A stretch of 64,000 nt of DNA, taken from contig JBJOND010000002.1 in assembly GCA_046052065.1 (NCBI GenBank), positions 31,224 through 95,223 on the forward strand, read 5' to 3'. A program made the translations under genes and the position numbers. Positions within the stretch are counted from its first letter, which is position 1, and each line of letters starts with the position of its first letter. The stretch is from Bacteroidota bacterium. GTDB taxonomy: Bacteria > Bacteroidota > Bacteroidia > AKYH767-A > OLB10. Below are positions 27,901 to 36,455 of the stretch, piece after piece. The notes beneath the pieces are model-generated. The model had not been told where the DNA came from and ran no database searches. It saw only the letters and a list, made by a program, of their open reading frames with translations.

Positions 27901-30798
27901 TTAATATCCAAAAATATCTTCCAGTTTTAAAACCTGTATCTGACCATATTTTCCTAATTCAGTCATGTTTAGTTTTTCTTGTTTCCCTAATACAACTAAT
28001 GTATAAGTCATTGGTTTAATTTTCTCTATCTGAAAATTGTTTACTTCCGTTAAGCTCATATTTTTAATTCCATCATAGATGTTTTTTCGGTAATCATAGT
28101 TGATTCCTAATTTTTCATTCGAATGGAAAGTCGATAATAAGTTGCCTTTCGTAATTCTTGTCGTTTCTATCTGTTGTACAGCTCCGTCTTTTGCATTGGC
28201 AAATACTTTTTCATTTAATGGCATATCACGTAATAATTCCAACATTCCTGCAGTAGCCTCTGGTAATTTGTCTACCTGCGTACCGATATAAGCAGTATTA
28301 AAGAAAGAACGATCTTTCATATTAGGAGTTGCATATCGCGAAGAAACAGAATAAGCAAGTGCTTTACTCTCTCTCAATGTTTGGAAAACTGGCGATGCCA
28401 TGCCTCCTGCAAAGTAACGATTGTATAAAAATGCTTTTGGTAATTGTTGTACATCAAACAATCCACCTTTCGACATAAACACTAATTCAGCTTGCTTCAT
28501 TTCATAGTCAACAACAAATACTTTTTGCAAATCCGTAGCTTGTTCTTTGAATTGTTTTGCTGCAGGAATTGCTTTATTTCCTTTGGCTGTATGTAGTTTG
28601 TTCATAACAGTTACAACATTCGAATTAGTTGATGTACCATAGTAATCGATGTAGTGCTTATAAGAAAACGCATCTTTTAATAACTGGATTAATTCATCAG
28701 CCTTTAATGCTTTCAATTGTGCTTCGCTAAGTACATTGGTTGATGGCGACTGAGCACCAAACTTCGCATAGTTCTGCATTTGCGACAAGATTACATTCTT
28801 ATTAAGTTTTGCATTCGCACGGCGCTTCATAATGTCTTCCGTAAGATTAGTTAATGCCTTTTCATCTTTTACTGGTGAATTAAATAATTGTTCTACAAGA
28901 GAAACTGCCTTGTCAAGATTTTCATTCAACCCATTAACGTTAAACGTAATTTCATCTTCGGATGCTCTAGCACTATAATCACAACCTAATTTATAAAATT
29001 CCTCTTTTAATTGCATACTGCTGTATTTACCAGCACCTAGGTATTTAAAATATTCTGCTACAATTGACCATTTCGGATCATGATTAGTTCCTACAGGAAT
29101 GCTATAGTTTAAGTCGAAGGTTCCGTTTTCTTTGTTTTCAACAGAATAAACAACTACTCCACTTTTTAATGTACCTGATTTAATAGTAGTAGCATAGTCC
29201 ACAAACTCAGGTTGAATTGATGCTGCTTTATTCGTGATAACTGCTTTCAAGAATTCACTTTGAGTAGTGTTATTCATTTTCACTGGTGTAATTGCAGGCT
29301 TCGCAACTTTAACCACATCTTTGTCTTCTCCATTACGTTTGTAAACCACCACATAATTATCGCCGTACCAATCGCGGACAAACTGTATCAATTGCGCTTT
29401 GTTGATTTTCGCCAAACGATCTAGTCGCTCCACTGCCGAACGATAACTCACTCCTGTTATTTCAACATCAATCATATCCATCGTACGGTTGTTATTGTCT
29501 TCGTAACGTTTAGCTAAATCCAATTTCATATTCGATACAATAGCAGGAATTAACCAATCAGAGAAGTTGCCCATTTTCATTTCCATTATCTGATTAAGAA
29601 TTAATGCTTTTAATTCTTCTAGACTTTGACCTTCACGCGGACGACCAGAAAGCATGTGAATAGAATAATCTTTCATCATATCAACCGAGCTGCTTGCACC
29701 AATTGCTTTTTGCGCATTGTTTAAATTCAAGTCTAGTAAACCCGCTTGTCCGTTCGATAAAATCATGTCAACCATCGTTAACATATCTACATCCGGAGAA
29801 GATGCTCCAGGAAAACGGAAACCTAATGTAATACTTTCAGCATCTGGTCCAAATATCTCTTTTACAACAGGTTGTTTAATTAACTTCTCTACTGGAGGCT
29901 GATACGAAGGAACATCTTTTGCCTTCATTTGTCCGAATGTTTCATTGATTACTTTTATCGCAAAGTCAGGATCAAAGTCCCCACTCAATGCAATTACCAT
30001 GTTATTAGGTACATAATAGGTATTGAAATATTTCTTGATTGCAGTAATTGATGGATTCTTTAAATGCTCAATTGTTCCAATGGTAGTTTGTGTACCATAT
30101 TGATGTGTCGGGAACAATCCTTCATACAAAGCCTCAAATACTTTACGACCGTCATTATCGAGACCTCTATTCTTTTCCTCATAAACTGCTTCTAATTCCG
30201 TATGAAATAAACGCATTTGCGGATTACGAAAACGCTCTACTTCAACACGAAAGAAATTCTCTAATTGATTTGAAGGGACATTATTTACATAAACGGTTTG
30301 CTCGTTAGATGTAAATGCATTCACGCCAGAAACACCTAACGCAGCCATCATTTTATCGAATTCATTCGGAATAGCATATTGAGCTGCAACTCCCGATATT
30401 GAATCAATTTCATGATAAATAGCTTTACGCTTACTGCTATCCTTTGTAGCACCATAAACTTCATACAAGGCCTCAATTTTTGCTAAAAGCGGAGCCTCAC
30501 TCGCATAATCTAGCGTACCATACTTATCGCTTCCTTTAAAAAGCATATGTTCTAAGTAATGAGCTAAACCGGTGTGGTCAGCTGGGTCAAATTTGCTACC
30601 TGCTTTCACTCCTATCATCGACTGAAAACGAGGTGCATCTTTATAAACAGAAAGGTAAACTTTCATTCCATTTTCTAAAGTGTAAATACGTGCGTGTAAA
30701 GGGTCGCCTGGCACGGTATCATAGGTTAATTTACTTTGCGAATAACCTGTTAGTGACGATATCAGCAACATCGTCAGCAATAAAACTCTGTTTCTCAT
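27901..30798 (-). CDS. M16 (insulinase/pitrilysin) family zinc peptidase, double-length form
   Basis: Signal peptide. HYLEHMLFKGS inverted zinc motif (HxxEH). 965 aa, consistent with a four-domain clamshell. Confidence 0.9.
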   Translation of the reverse strand: MRNRVLLLTMLLISSLTGYSQSKLTYDTVPGDPLHARIYTLENGMKVYLSVYKDAPRFQSMIGVKAGSKFDPADHTGLAHYLEHMLFKGSDKYGTLDYASEAPLLAKIEALYEVYGATKDSSKRKAIYHEIDSISGVAAQYAIPNEFDKMMAALGVSGVNAFTSNEQTVYVNNVPSNQLENFFRVEVERFRNPQMRLFHTELEAVYEEKNRGLDNDGRKVFEALYEGLFPTHQYGTQTTIGTIEHLKNPSITAIKKYFNTYYVPNNMVIALSGDFDPDFAIKVINETFGQMKAKDVPSYQPPVEKLIKQPVVKEIFGPDAESITLGFRFPGASSPDVDMLTMVDMILSNGQAGLLDLNLNNAQKAIGASSSVDMMKDYSIHMLSGRPREGQSLEELKALILNQIMEMKMGNFSDWLIPAIVSNMKLDLAKRYEDNNNRTMDMIDVEITGVSYRSAVERLDRLAKINKAQLIQFVRDWYGDNYVVVYKRNGEDKDVVKVAKPAITPVKMNNTTQSEFLKAVITNKAASIQPEFVDYATTIKSGTLKSGVVVYSVENKENGTFDLNYSIPVGTNHDPKWSIVAEYFKYLGAGKYSSMQLKEEFYKLGCDYSARASEDEITFNVNGLNENLDKAVSLVEQLFNSPVKDEKALTNLTEDIMKRRANAKLNKNVILSQMQNYAKFGAQSPSTNVLSEAQLKALKADELIQLLKDAFSYKHYIDYYGTSTNSNVVTVMNKLHTAKGNKAIPAAKQFKEQATDLQKVFVVDYEMKQAELVFMSKGGLFDVQQLPKAFLYNRYFAGGMASPVFQTLRESKALAYSVSSRYATPNMKDRSFFNTAYIGTQVDKLPEATAGMLELLRDMPLNEKVFANAKDGAVQQIETTRITKGNLLSTFHSNEKLGINYDYRKNIYDGIKNMSLTEVNNFQIEKIKPMTYTLVVLGKQEKLNMTELGKYGQIQVLKLEDIFGY

Positions 30799-30814
30799 TG
30801 TTTTGAAATTTTTC

Positions 30815-30822
30815 CAAAAATA
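30815..30822 (-). promoter_or_regulatory. -7 box (TATTTTTG on the minus strand) for the M16 peptidase gene
   Basis: Exact TAnnTTTG match, 16 nt upstream of the ATG at 30798. Confidence 0.45.
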
Positions 30823-30891
30823 GTAGATTGTCCATTATATACTTCAGAAAAAATTTGATTAGCGAACTATTTTTTTGATTTTTGTAAAGTA

Positions 30892-32334
30892 ATGAAAATC
30901 GAATCTCTCAAAGTTTTGTTTGTTTTGCTAATGATTAATTTCCAATCATCTATTTTGATGGCTGGGACTTCAGACTTTTCTTACAGCGATACTTGTTATG
31001 TATCGGTAACCTCTTTTAACATTACAAGCCCTACCCCTGACTCAATTCGTTGGGATTTCGGGGATGTCAATAGTGGTATTGCAAACTTTGGATCCGGTCC
31101 TTTTATTACTCATGTTTTTAGTAATCCAACCAATTACACAGTAACGATGATTGCCTATACAGGTGGCATTGGCGATACGTGCAGAAAAACAATTCAGATT
31201 TTGAATAGTCCGCAGCCTAATTTGGGCAGTGATTTTAATATCTGTGAAGGAAAAACACAGCTTATAAGCCCTGGTTCATTTACGGGAGCTGTCAATTATT
31301 TATGGAGTGATGGAAGTACAGGAGTTAATTACGTGATTGATAGTACAGAGCAGGTAATTGTGACTGTAACTGATGCTCAAGGTTGTGTTGGAATTGATAC
31401 ATTGAATTCGACATGGATAGAAATTCCTGATGTTAATCTTGGGGCAAATGCTTCATATTGTCAAGGTCAAACGATTACCTTGAACGCATTCTGGCCAAAT
31501 GCGACTTATTTGTGGCAAGATGGAAGTACGAATTCAAGTTTAGTCGCAACCACAACAGGAGGTTATATCGTGGAAGTATCAGTGTCAGGTTGCACTGGAA
31601 CTGATCAGGTGGATTTGATATTTGATCCTGTGCCGTTAATCAACTTTGGCAATGATACCACTTTGTGCAAGGGTATTCCATTGTTTCTGGATGCAACTAC
31701 TCCTAATGCTAATTATACTTGGCAAGATGGAAGCACGAATGCCTATTATTTCATTACAGATCCTGGAACTTATTCTGTAAATGTGCAGGTTGGAAATTGT
31801 ATTGGTCGCGACACAATTGTTATCGATCAGCAAGAACAACCAATAGTAGAATTAGGAGAAGATACTATTCTTTGTTACGGACAGCCTTATCTTTTGGATG
31901 CCTACAACTACGGAGCTACCTATCAATGGTCGAACGGAGCTAATACCCCAACATTACAGCCCACTGAACCAGCACAGTATTATGTTTTAGCGCAGAACCA
32001 ATGCGGTAGTGATGCTGATTCTGTCAATGTAATTCTTGAAGTTTGTAATTGCTTTGTTTATATCCCAACTGCATTTTCTCCTAACCGTGATAATAAAAAT
32101 GAAACATTTAACTATACTTATAACTGCACCGATTTTACAGCTGATTTTAAAATTTATAATCGCTTAGGGCAGATTATATTCACCTCTGAAAATCCAGATG
32201 TAGCCTGGGACGGAACATTTAACGGTAAAGAAGTCCCTAATGGAATTTATTATTACATCTTAAAATACCAAGGGTATAATTCAGGAGCTTTTGTCGATAT
32301 CAAGAGAAAAGGGTTTGTTTCCCTTGTAAGATAG
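30892..32334 (+). CDS. T9SS type-B (gliding-motility CHU_C) sorting-domain protein with a PKD-like N-terminus and four tandem Cys-containing repeats
   Basis: C-terminus is VYIPTAFSPNRDNKNETF...NRLGQIIF...WDGTFNGKEVPNGIYYYILKY. There are four ~70-aa repeats (P..NLG.D...C.G....L......A.Y.W.DGST...........G.Y.V.V...C.G.D). Confidence 0.85.
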   Translation: MKIESLKVLFVLLMINFQSSILMAGTSDFSYSDTCYVSVTSFNITSPTPDSIRWDFGDVNSGIANFGSGPFITHVFSNPTNYTVTMIAYTGGIGDTCRKTIQILNSPQPNLGSDFNICEGKTQLISPGSFTGAVNYLWSDGSTGVNYVIDSTEQVIVTVTDAQGCVGIDTLNSTWIEIPDVNLGANASYCQGQTITLNAFWPNATYLWQDGSTNSSLVATTTGGYIVEVSVSGCTGTDQVDLIFDPVPLINFGNDTTLCKGIPLFLDATTPNANYTWQDGSTNAYYFITDPGTYSVNVQVGNCIGRDTIVIDQQEQPIVELGEDTILCYGQPYLLDAYNYGATYQWSNGANTPTLQPTEPAQYYVLAQNQCGSDADSVNVILEVCNCFVYIPTAFSPNRDNKNETFNYTYNCTDFTADFKIYNRLGQIIFTSENPDVAWDGTFNGKEVPNGIYYYILKYQGYNSGAFVDIKRKGFVSLVR

Positions 32335-32427
32335 TATCGAAGAAAATTGTTAATAAATACACCCTATTTTGTTCATTGTTTTTTCTGATTGAAGTGAAAA
32401 ACATTAGTTAAGCCCCTCCCTGTTTCT

Positions 32428-32435
32428 TATCTTTG
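32428..32435 (+). promoter_or_regulatory. -7 box TATCTTTG for the MBL-fold hydrolase gene
   Basis: Exact TAnnTTTG match, 27 nt upstream of the ATG at 32463. Confidence 0.45.
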
Positions 32436-32462
32436 TTCGTTGTCGAAAGGCAAAAATTCACT

Positions 32463-33161
32463 ATGGAAATTACTTATTACGGGCATTCATGCTTTTCAGT
32501 AAAAATCGGACAAAAGACTATTTTGTTTGATCCCTTTATTACACCAAATGAAAAAGCAAGCAACATCAATATCAGTGAGGTTAAAGCAGATTACATTTTA
32601 ATTTCACACGGACATTACGATCATATTGCAGATGCCGTATTATTAGCACAACAAAACGATGCCGTTGTCGTTTCCAATTACGAAATTGTGGATTGGTTGA
32701 GCAAGCAAGGTGCTACCAAAGGACATCCGATGAATATTGGAGGACATTGGTTCTTTGATGCTGATGACAATGGAACAAAGTTTAAGGTGAAATGTGTAGT
32801 AGCCGTTCATAGCAGTGTAATGCCTGATGGAACGTATGGTGGGAATCCGATGGGCTTTTTGATTGAAAGTGCTGATGGTAATTTCTATTATGCTGGAGAT
32901 ACAGCATTAACCTATGATATGAAACTGATTGGAGCTTATAAGAGCATTGATTTCGCTTTCCTTCCGATAGGCAACAACTTCACAATGGGAATAGATAATG
33001 CTTTGATAGCATCGGAGTTTATCAAATGTCAAAATATTATTGGTATGCACTACGACACCTTTGGTTACATTACCATTGACTCAGTTGAGGCAACAGCTAA
33101 ATTTCAAATGGCAGGTATCAACTTACACTTGTTCAATATTGGCGAGACAAAAACAATTTAA
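32463..33161 (+). CDS. UPF0173-type metal-dependent hydrolase (metallo-beta-lactamase fold)
   Basis: MEITYYGHSCF N-terminus and ILISHGHYDHIADA motif. The track's TTG extension overlaps the promoter box, so the ATG at 32463 is used. Confidence 0.85.
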   Translation: MEITYYGHSCFSVKIGQKTILFDPFITPNEKASNINISEVKADYILISHGHYDHIADAVLLAQQNDAVVVSNYEIVDWLSKQGATKGHPMNIGGHWFFDADDNGTKFKVKCVVAVHSSVMPDGTYGGNPMGFLIESADGNFYYAGDTALTYDMKLIGAYKSIDFAFLPIGNNFTMGIDNALIASEFIKCQNIIGMHYDTFGYITIDSVEATAKFQMAGINLHLFNIGETKTI

Positions 33162-33184
33162 AAAACGAAAAATCACAATAGCAA

Positions 33185-34021
33185 ATGGCAAAAATTATTG
33201 CAATCTCAAATCAAAAAGGTGGAGTTGGAAAAACAACTTCTGCTATCAATTTAGCAGCTAGTCTTGCAGTTTTAGAATATAAAACACTTTTAGTTGATGC
33301 AGATCCACAAGCCAATTCAACATCTGGCGTAGGTTTCGATCCGCGCACAGTAAAGACATCTATCTACGAGTGTATCATCAATGATGTAGCTCCTGGAGAT
33401 ATTATCTTAGAAACAAAAACTCCGAACTTATATTTACTTCCTTCGCATATCGATTTAGTTGGTGCCGAAATTGAAATGATTCAGCTAACTAATCGCGAGC
33501 ACATGATGAAGCAGGTGTTTGAAAAAATATCAGAAGATTTTGATTTCATTATTATCGATTGTTCTCCATCATTAGGATTAATTACGATCAATGCTTTAAC
33601 AGCGGCTCATTCCGTTATTATTCCTGTGCAGTGTGAGTACTTCGCTTTAGAAGGTTTAGGTAAATTATTAAACACCATTAAAATCGTACAAACAAGATTA
33701 AATCCTGAATTATCAATTGAAGGAATATTGTTAACGATGTACGATATGCGTTTACGATTATCAAATCAAGTGGTAGAAGAAGTAAAAACACATTTCCAGG
33801 ATTTAGTATTCGACACGATCATTCAACGTACAACGAAATTAGGCGAAGCACCAAGCTTTGGAGAAAGCATTATTATGCACGATGCATCAAGCAAAGGAGC
33901 CATTAACTACTTGAATTTAGCTCGTGAAATCCTTCAGAAAAACAACATGACGAATATCGCATCAGAAGATAAAATCATGACTGATGAAGTGATGGACAAA
34001 TTAAAAGTATCGGATAATTAA
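33185..34021 (+). CDS. parA: Chromosome-partitioning ATPase ParA/Soj
   Basis: Deviant Walker A NQKGGVGKTT, DADPQANST, IIIDCSPSLG. Confidence 0.95.
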   Translation: MAKIIAISNQKGGVGKTTSAINLAASLAVLEYKTLLVDADPQANSTSGVGFDPRTVKTSIYECIINDVAPGDIILETKTPNLYLLPSHIDLVGAEIEMIQLTNREHMMKQVFEKISEDFDFIIIDCSPSLGLITINALTAAHSVIIPVQCEYFALEGLGKLLNTIKIVQTRLNPELSIEGILLTMYDMRLRLSNQVVEEVKTHFQDLVFDTIIQRTTKLGEAPSFGESIIMHDASSKGAINYLNLAREILQKNNMTNIASEDKIMTDEVMDKLKVSDN

Positions 34022-34040
34022 TAATTAGTTTAGAATAAAC

Positions 34041-34949
34041 ATGTCGACAAAAAAATCAGGATTAGGAAAAGGACTTAGCGCAATATTAGGTGATACTCCT
34101 GACACAACAATTCCTTCAACAGCGAACGGTTCTTCCATTGATGCACCCAAAGCAATGGTTGGTTCTGTTTCATCTATAGCATTAAATCAGATTGAAGCAA
34201 ACCCTTTTCAACCTCGTACAGAATTCGACGAAGGTGCATTGAATGAATTAGCAGAATCTATCCGTCAGCAAGGCATTATACAGCCGATAACGGTTCGAAA
34301 GGTTGCGGATAATCGTTATCAGATTATTAGCGGTGAACGTCGTTTTAAAGCGTCAAAATTAGCCGGATTAACAATGGTTCCTGCGTATGTGCGTACAGCA
34401 AAGGACCAGGCAATGTTAGAGATGGCATTAGTTGAAAATATTCAGCGTGAAAATTTAAATGCTTTAGAAATTGCGATTTCATACCAGCGTCTGATTGAAG
34501 AGTGTTCATTAACGCAAGAGCAATTAGGCGATCGTGTTGGAAAAGATCGTTCAACAGTTACTAACTACTTACGATTATTAAAATTACCTCCTCAAGTGCA
34601 GTTTGCTATTCGTGATGGAAAAATAAGTATGGGACATGCGCGTGCTATTTTAGGTGTGGATGATATTGCTATGCAATTGAAAATCTTCAATGATGTATTA
34701 ACAGAAGATTTAAGTGTTCGTCGTACAGAAGATTTAGTACGTACAGCATCTCCAAAGAAAAATGGCAAGGAACCAAAGAACAAACCGAATTGGTACGTTG
34801 AAATTAAAAATATTCAAGAGCGTTTAGAGCACCGCTACGAAACAAAAGTAGAAGTTAGACATAAAGATAACGGTAGCGGACAGGTGGTGATTAACTACTA
34901 CTCTACTGATGACTTTAATCGTTTGATTGAGTTATTGGATTTTGATTGA
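34041..34949 (+). CDS. parB: Chromosome-partitioning protein ParB/Spo0J
   Basis: NPFQPR, GIIQPITVR and ISGERRFKAS ParB-box motifs, plus an HTH (QEQLGDRVGKDRSTVTNYLRLL). Confidence 0.95.
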   Translation: MSTKKSGLGKGLSAILGDTPDTTIPSTANGSSIDAPKAMVGSVSSIALNQIEANPFQPRTEFDEGALNELAESIRQQGIIQPITVRKVADNRYQIISGERRFKASKLAGLTMVPAYVRTAKDQAMLEMALVENIQRENLNALEIAISYQRLIEECSLTQEQLGDRVGKDRSTVTNYLRLLKLPPQVQFAIRDGKISMGHARAILGVDDIAMQLKIFNDVLTEDLSVRRTEDLVRTASPKKNGKEPKNKPNWYVEIKNIQERLEHRYETKVEVRHKDNGSGQVVINYYSTDDFNRLIELLDFD

Positions 34950-34970
34950 TTTGTAATTCAAATAAAAAGT

Positions 34971-35002
34971 AAAAAAGGTGAACAAGTGTTCACCTTTTTT
35001 TT
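34971..35002. terminator. Bidirectional intrinsic terminator after parB
   Basis: A6-GGTGAAC-AAGT-GTTCACC-T8. Confidence 0.85.
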
Positions 35003-35020
35003 ATGAAAGAACTATTTTTC

Positions 35021-35494
35021 TTAATACCAAACCCCAGTTATCGTAACCGTTAAAGCACCACTGGACTTCGTAATTGTTGTTGGCTTACCAGCTTCGTAAT
35101 CCTGCATTTTAAAGCCTACATACCCCATTGCATCATTGTTGTCTAAAACATCATAATCGAATAATGCAACATAAGTTATTTTAGAAATGTCTTTTATTTC
35201 ATATTGCGATGTTAACGCCCATGATACTGGTAAATCCGCCTGTGCCACATTACCAACTTTGTAAGAACTACCTAAATAATAAGGAATATGATTCTGGTCT
35301 TCTATATTGAAAAAAATATCTGCATCATCGAACAAATCCCAACCTGCATTATTTAAATCAACAACAGGCATTGAATCTACACGAACTGTAGAAATTTTAA
35401 ACTTTGCAAGTGGAGCAACAGTAGTTTCCTTTTCGCATGATGCAAAAACCACAATTAATGAAAGGCCTAAAATAATAGTTGAAATTCTTATCAT
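35021..35494 (-). CDS. Hypothetical lipoprotein
   Basis: Signal peptide with a lipobox-like VFASC. 157 aa, beta-rich. I recognise no family. Confidence 0.55.
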   Translation of the reverse strand: MIRISTIILGLSLIVVFASCEKETTVAPLAKFKISTVRVDSMPVVDLNNAGWDLFDDADIFFNIEDQNHIPYYLGSSYKVGNVAQADLPVSWALTSQYEIKDISKITYVALFDYDVLDNNDAMGYVGFKMQDYEAGKPTTITKSSGALTVTITGVWY

Positions 35495-35529
35495 CTGATA
35501 TAGTTATTAATTTATTGTTAGAACTGAAA

Positions 35530-36303
35530 TTAGCAATATCCCATTAATCTATAAACAAGATATCCTATCCATTCGTGTGTTAGCAAGTCCCAGGCAACTA
35601 ATGCTTCCGGATCAGGTTGTATTAATCGATCGATAGTATACATTGCACCACCTGAGCGGACATCTACTGGATAGGCATCTACTTTAATGTTTGCTTTGGC
35701 GCAGCATGCTACCGAGCGACGCATATGAAATGCTGATGTAATCAATAAGCATTTAGATGTAATTCCTTTTTGATTCAATATTTCTGCTGTCTCGATGGCA
35801 TTTTCATAGGTATTTCGAGAGATGTTTTCCATTAGAATGTCTTCTGCCTTTACCCCATTGCTGACTAACAAAGGATAGAGCTTTTCAGATTCCTTCCATT
35901 CTTGAAAATTCACAAATCCAGAGCCGCCCGATAAAAAAATCTTTTTGATTTTCCCTGAATGATATAACTCAACTGCCTGCATCAAACGATCAACACTACT
36001 GCTAAACACCATGCGTTTACTATCGTTATCGTAATAACGCGTACTCCCGCCTAAGACTATTCCTACTTCGTAAGGGGTTTTTATTTCATCAGCATTGTAA
36101 GCTTTTACTTCCCAGCTATTCATCACCACATTTACAATAAACGGATTTGTAAATATTATTAATGCCAGTAAACCAGATAAAAATAATTTTGAAGATAAAG
36201 CGGCTCTCTTTTTTCTGATAATAAAAGCTATGAACAACAATCCAACAATCCATATCGCAGGAGATATAAATAAATCGAGAATTTTAGAAAGAATAAAAAA
36301 CAT
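35530..36303 (-). CDS. YdcF/DUF218 (ElyC/SanA-like) family membrane-anchored protein
   Basis: N-terminal TM helices, then a DUF218 core (GIVLGGS...LSGGSG...NTYENA...LITSAFHMRR). The ATG at 36303 is preferred over the track's TTG at 36354, because a -7 box lies at 36330-36337. Confidence 0.8.
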   Translation of the reverse strand: MFFILSKILDLFISPAIWIVGLLFIAFIIRKKRAALSSKLFLSGLLALIIFTNPFIVNVVMNSWEVKAYNADEIKTPYEVGIVLGGSTRYYDNDSKRMVFSSSVDRLMQAVELYHSGKIKKIFLSGGSGFVNFQEWKESEKLYPLLVSNGVKAEDILMENISRNTYENAIETAEILNQKGITSKCLLITSAFHMRRSVACCAKANIKVDAYPVDVRSGGAMYTIDRLIQPDPEALVAWDLLTHEWIGYLVYRLMGYC

Positions 36304-36329
36304 CGGACCTTTAGGATTGTTTATAAAGG

Positions 36330-36337
36330 CAAAAGTA
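36330..36337 (-). promoter_or_regulatory. -7 box (TACTTTTG on the minus strand) for the ydcF-like gene
   Basis: Exact TAnnTTTG match, 26 nt upstream of the ATG at 36303. Confidence 0.4.
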
Positions 36338-36439
36338 AAATAATTCTTATTCAAGCGTACAATATCAACCTTTACCTCTTAATAAATTGCGTTCAGCATA
36401 TTAGGAGCGATATAAATTCAGAAGTATCTTTAAGTATCC

Positions 36440-36447
36440 TAACTTTG
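36440..36447 (+). promoter_or_regulatory. -7 box TAACTTTG for the PhoX-like gene
   Basis: Exact TAnnTTTG match, 8 nt upstream of the ATG at 36456. Confidence 0.35.
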
Positions 36448-36455
36448 GTTTGCTA

